This document shows positions 60,611 through 64,000 of a stretch of DNA of 64,000 nucleotides, piece after piece (the first letter of the stretch is position 1; each line of letters opens with the position of its first letter). The notes under the pieces are model-generated. The model was not told the DNA's origin and made no database searches. It saw nothing but the letters and a program-made list of their open reading frames with translations. The translations under genes and the position numbers were made by a program. The DNA is from a virus (taxonomy: Duplodnaviria > Heunggongvirae > Uroviricota > Caudoviricetes): IMG/VR virus record IMGVR_UViG_3300031088_000799; one strand, given 5' to 3'.

Positions 60611-61693
60611 ATGACATTAAAATTCGAAAATCCGGGCTATGTCTACATATTAAGTAACGAATCATTAAAAGACTTAAAGATAGGCTACACACAAAACTCT
60701 CCTTATGATAGATCTTTTGACCTATATACAACAGGAGTTCCAACACCATTCTTCGTAGAAAAGTTCTGGTTTGTTGAAGATGCTATGCTTTGTGAAGAAT
60801 TAATTCATACACGACTTACTCGTTTTAGAACAAACGAAAGTAGAGAGTTTTTCCGTGTTGATTTAGAAAAAGCTGTTATGGCTGCTATGCAATCTATAGA
60901 TGATATGCGTGAAAGATTGTGGGCTAAGAGTGCTATAAAATCTAACTATAAACCTAATCAAGCACAAAATGATATGCCAGACAGTGCAAGAGCTACGCCT
61001 GCTGAAAAACATAATGATGAAATTATTGCGGCTGGTTTGAAACCTCTTGTTCAACAGTATAGTTACAACAATCCAAAATTTACAGAAATGATGAAAACAT
61101 TAAAAGAAAGTAAATTTATGTTAACCACAGAAGAAATAGCTAAAAAAATAAAGATTTCTCCAAAAGGTGTTGAGTCTCTTGTAAAAATGATGCAGTCACA
61201 ACAAGGTGCAATGCTTTATACTAAAGAAGAAAACAAAGTAAAAAAATATGCAATGGCTTTATCTTTTAATGTGCATCAACTAAAAATGTTGTCTGAAAAA
61301 TATCCAGATCTTAATCTAATGTCTCTAGAATCATTATTTGAAAAGCCTACTCAAAAAAATAATACAGGATATAAAAATAACAATGGTGGAAAAAACTACC
61401 CACCAAGAAAGACAGCTACCTCTGGTGATGCTCAAAAGGCACAAAATCCACAAGCAGCTCAAGAACCAAAAGCTACGGGTGATAGATCACCTTCTCCTGC
61501 CGAGTTTATAAAGCAAAAGCTAGATCAGGAAAGTAAACAAGTTGCAGCTCAGCCTGCTGTTGTAACACCAGCAAGGCCGTTGACAGATAAAGAAGCCTTT
61601 ATGAAAAGTTGTAAAGATGCTTATAATGACGTTATAGGTGCCGGAAAAGGAAAAGATACTGCACAACCTGTCAGAAAACCAATTAAGCCATAA
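60611..61693 (+). CDS. T5orf172/MUG113 (GIY-YIG-like) domain protein with HTH-like middle and basic tail
   Basis: GYVYILSN...LKIGYT..R..DL..TGVPTPF...EELIH.RL...REFFRV; ends RKPIKP. Confidence 0.85.
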   Translation: MTLKFENPGYVYILSNESLKDLKIGYTQNSPYDRSFDLYTTGVPTPFFVEKFWFVEDAMLCEELIHTRLTRFRTNESREFFRVDLEKAVMAAMQSIDDMRERLWAKSAIKSNYKPNQAQNDMPDSARATPAEKHNDEIIAAGLKPLVQQYSYNNPKFTEMMKTLKESKFMLTTEEIAKKIKISPKGVESLVKMMQSQQGAMLYTKEENKVKKYAMALSFNVHQLKMLSEKYPDLNLMSLESLFEKPTQKNNTGYKNNNGGKNYPPRKTATSGDAQKAQNPQAAQEPKATGDRSPSPAEFIKQKLDQESKQVAAQPAVVTPARPLTDKEAFMKSCKDAYNDVIGAGKGKDTAQPVRKPIKP

Positions 61694-61754
61694 GAAATTA
61701 TGGCTTTTTTGTTTATTTATGCTAGAATGTATGTAAGATAACATTGAGAATAGC

Positions 61755-62510
61755 ATGGATAAATTAAAGTATGAACTTAATGGGAAACCTGCTCCTAAAA
61801 ACAATAGAAGTAATGTTGAAAACAATCTTGAAATATCAAATGAAGACCAAATTAAACAATTACAAGCATTAAAAAATGAAAAAAATCGCCATTATAGACC
61901 TGAACAAGAATTAACACTTGAACAAGAGCTTGATGACGCCTTTAACTTTGATCATAATCCATCACCTAAAAAAGAAAATGATTTCAAATACCGACCTGAG
62001 CAAGAATTAAAATTAGAACCCGAACAAAAAGCTGGCATTGTTAATGAAAATAAACCTGAAATGACGGAAGAAGAATGTCTCAGTGAGCTTGAAAGCTATT
62101 TAACACCTGATTTGATGGCAAAATTTGTAATGGCTCACTATGCAGATGACGATGGAAATGAAAGCCCTCCAACAACAGCGGAACTCGAAGAGTCATTCAG
62201 AAGTTTTATCTATCAGCTTGGTTTCCGAGGCCCTAAAATTGAAGGTTTCATTAAACGAGCTGTTACTGTTCTTGATGATTATGACATCACTGATAAGTAT
62301 GACAATATCGACCAAACCGCTGGCATAAAAATGTACCAAAGAGATGCAGATATAGATTACACATCCAGTTTAGCAGGATTAGAAGTAGATGTTAATATTC
62401 AGGAACAGCAATCCGAAGAACCAGATCTTGGAACAAGAAATACAATTAATCCACATCTTAACAATCCTTATTACATAAATCCTAATAAGAAACCTACTCC
62501 TTTTGATTGA
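61755..62510 (+). CDS. acidic hypothetical protein
   Basis: Internal repeat YRPEQEL.LE twice; ends NPNKKPTPFD. Confidence 0.7.
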   Translation: MDKLKYELNGKPAPKNNRSNVENNLEISNEDQIKQLQALKNEKNRHYRPEQELTLEQELDDAFNFDHNPSPKKENDFKYRPEQELKLEPEQKAGIVNENKPEMTEEECLSELESYLTPDLMAKFVMAHYADDDGNESPPTTAELEESFRSFIYQLGFRGPKIEGFIKRAVTVLDDYDITDKYDNIDQTAGIKMYQRDADIDYTSSLAGLEVDVNIQEQQSEEPDLGTRNTINPHLNNPYYINPNKKPTPFD

Positions 62511-62616
62511 AACGAATAACTAAGATCCTCGTTGGCTCCGAGGATTTTTTTTATCATGAATTGCTTATTTTTTTTCAAATGCTATTCTATTTGATATATT
62601 ATAACAGGAGTTAATT

Positions 62617-62949
62617 ATGATTACTGAATTCGATCCCAACATTAGAGTGACTGTCACTGAAAATGCTAATACTAAAATTGATACTATCTTAAAAGAGCAT
62701 GAATTCATCAGATTGTATATACAAGGCGGTGGTTGTTCTGGATTTCAATACATGTTTGATGTCATTCCTGCACTAGAAGAAGACGACATTCAAATTCCCG
62801 GTTCAAGACTAGTTATTGACCCACTCAGTTACCAGTATATAGAAAACTCACAAATTGATTACACCAATGATTTAATGGGAGCTAAATTTATTGTCAACAA
62901 TCCACAAGCAACCACTACCTGTGGATGTGGCCAATCTTTTATGATTTGA
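62617..62949 (+). CDS. A-type iron-sulfur carrier (HesB/IscA/ErpA family)
   Basis: RLYIQGGGCSGFQY, IDPLS.QY, NPQATTTCGCGQSF. Confidence 0.93.
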   Translation: MITEFDPNIRVTVTENANTKIDTILKEHEFIRLYIQGGGCSGFQYMFDVIPALEEDDIQIPGSRLVIDPLSYQYIENSQIDYTNDLMGAKFIVNNPQATTTCGCGQSFMI

Positions 62950-63016
62950 TTCAAACAAACGATTGATATTTACCCTCATATAGAGTATAATAATACTATA
63001 TAAAGAGGGTAATACA

Positions 63017-64000
63017 ATGGACATTATCAAAGAATTTGGCATCTCAAAAACCGTATACTCACTGTGCTTTCCTGAAACCAAAAACGTACTAGAATCTCTA
63101 TTACAAGAGTCGGAAAATATTCACAACATGTATTCGGAAACATGGACAAAAAAACAAGATACCTATCACCTTTCTTTTGCTGAAACATTTAAAGCATGGG
63201 CAAAGCCTAATCTACATGTGGATTGGAATGATTTTCCATTTTTTTATCCTACCAATGGTGCATCCGAAGCTATCCGTGAACAACTTGCTTATCTTTCCAC
63301 AAAAGAAAATAAAACAATTTTTGTTTTCGACGGTGAATATGAAGGTTATGAAGCTATTGCTGAATCTTTAAAAATGCCTGTTATTAAAATCAAACGTGAA
63401 AATTACACTGAACATGCAAAAGAATTTGAATTAGGTGGCCATTTTTTCCTAAGTCAACCAAGTTCTATTGATGGAAATGTATGGCAAGAATTTAATGAAT
63501 TTATGAGCTATCTGTCAACGTATGAAAACGTTGATGTCTATGTAGATACTGTCTATGTAGGCTGTGTTGATAAAGAGTATACAATTTATCTTGATTTTGA
63601 TATTATCAAAGGTGTTTTCTTTAGTTTAAGTAAAGCTTTTGGAGTTTATTACCATCGTATTGGTGGTGTTTTCCTAAAAGAAGCAAATCCTCTGCTGTAT
63701 GGAAATATGTGGTTTAAAAACGTATTTTCAATGCGTTATGGTGAAGCATTAATGAAACAATTTGATGTCAATTACTTTCCTCAAAAGTATAAAGAGAAGA
63801 AAGTTAAAACCATCAAACAGTTAGAAGAGACAATGAACGTGAAGTTTACTAGTTCAGATACTATACTGTTAGCAACAATTGAAAAAGACAGTTTTGAGCA
63901 GGAAAAGTTTTTAACCAGAAGTCAAAATAGTAAACGAGTTAGAGTATGCATTACTCCAACACTTGAATCCACAATCTACAAGGATATTTTCCATGAATAA
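63017..64000 (+). CDS. PLP-dependent aminotransferase-like (fold type I) protein
   Basis: PTNGASEAI, SQPSSIDG, VDTVY, FSLSKAFGV..RIG (PLP-lysine motif). Confidence 0.75.
   Translation: MDIIKEFGISKTVYSLCFPETKNVLESLLQESENIHNMYSETWTKKQDTYHLSFAETFKAWAKPNLHVDWNDFPFFYPTNGASEAIREQLAYLSTKENKTIFVFDGEYEGYEAIAESLKMPVIKIKRENYTEHAKEFELGGHFFLSQPSSIDGNVWQEFNEFMSYLSTYENVDVYVDTVYVGCVDKEYTIYLDFDIIKGVFFSLSKAFGVYYHRIGGVFLKEANPLLYGNMWFKNVFSMRYGEALMKQFDVNYFPQKYKEKKVKTIKQLEETMNVKFTSSDTILLATIEKDSFEQEKFLTRSQNSKRVRVCITPTLESTIYKDIFHE

Overview
Very AT-rich, gene-dense window with frequent strand switching, near-consensus sigma70 promoters and intrinsic terminators around most transcription units. It has no core housekeeping operons and no recognisable phage structural, replication or conjugation genes. 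It looks like the accessory region of a very large mobile replicon (jumbo phage or megaplasmid), probably of a gammaproteobacterial host; the window alone cannot decide which. Recognisable cargo: Thg1-like 3'-5' polymerase, nicotinamidase, a minimal AlaRS-like protein, PcfJ-like proteins, HAD hydrolase, M23 and M3 peptidases, metallophosphoesterase, a 1539-aa repeat adhesin, AlkB dioxygenase, a putative ADP-ribosyltransferase, NUDIX hydrolase, LprI-like protein, a chemoreceptor, a T5orf172-domain protein, an IscA/ErpA Fe-S carrier, a PLP enzyme and three tRNAs (Gly-TCC, Thr-TGT, fMet-CAT). Strongest unexplained signals: (1) about 25 otherwise dissimilar hypothetical proteins share a C-terminal helix ending [hydrophobic]-x-x-M-x-x-[I/Y/V/T]-stop, suggesting a common docking or targeting tag; (2) two 36-nt ToxI-like pseudoknot repeats lie between tRNA-fMet and its terminator with no toxN nearby, suggesting an RNA antitoxin mimic; (3) a 130-nt tRNA-like RNA and a ~220-nt structured RNA lie inside the Thr/Gly tRNA operon; (4) the AlaRS-like gene has its strong start codon out of frame, in a 7-codon ORF containing an Ala codon; (5) a second protein class has basic C-terminal tails resembling T4SS translocation signals. 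All family calls are from motif recognition by eye, with no database searches.
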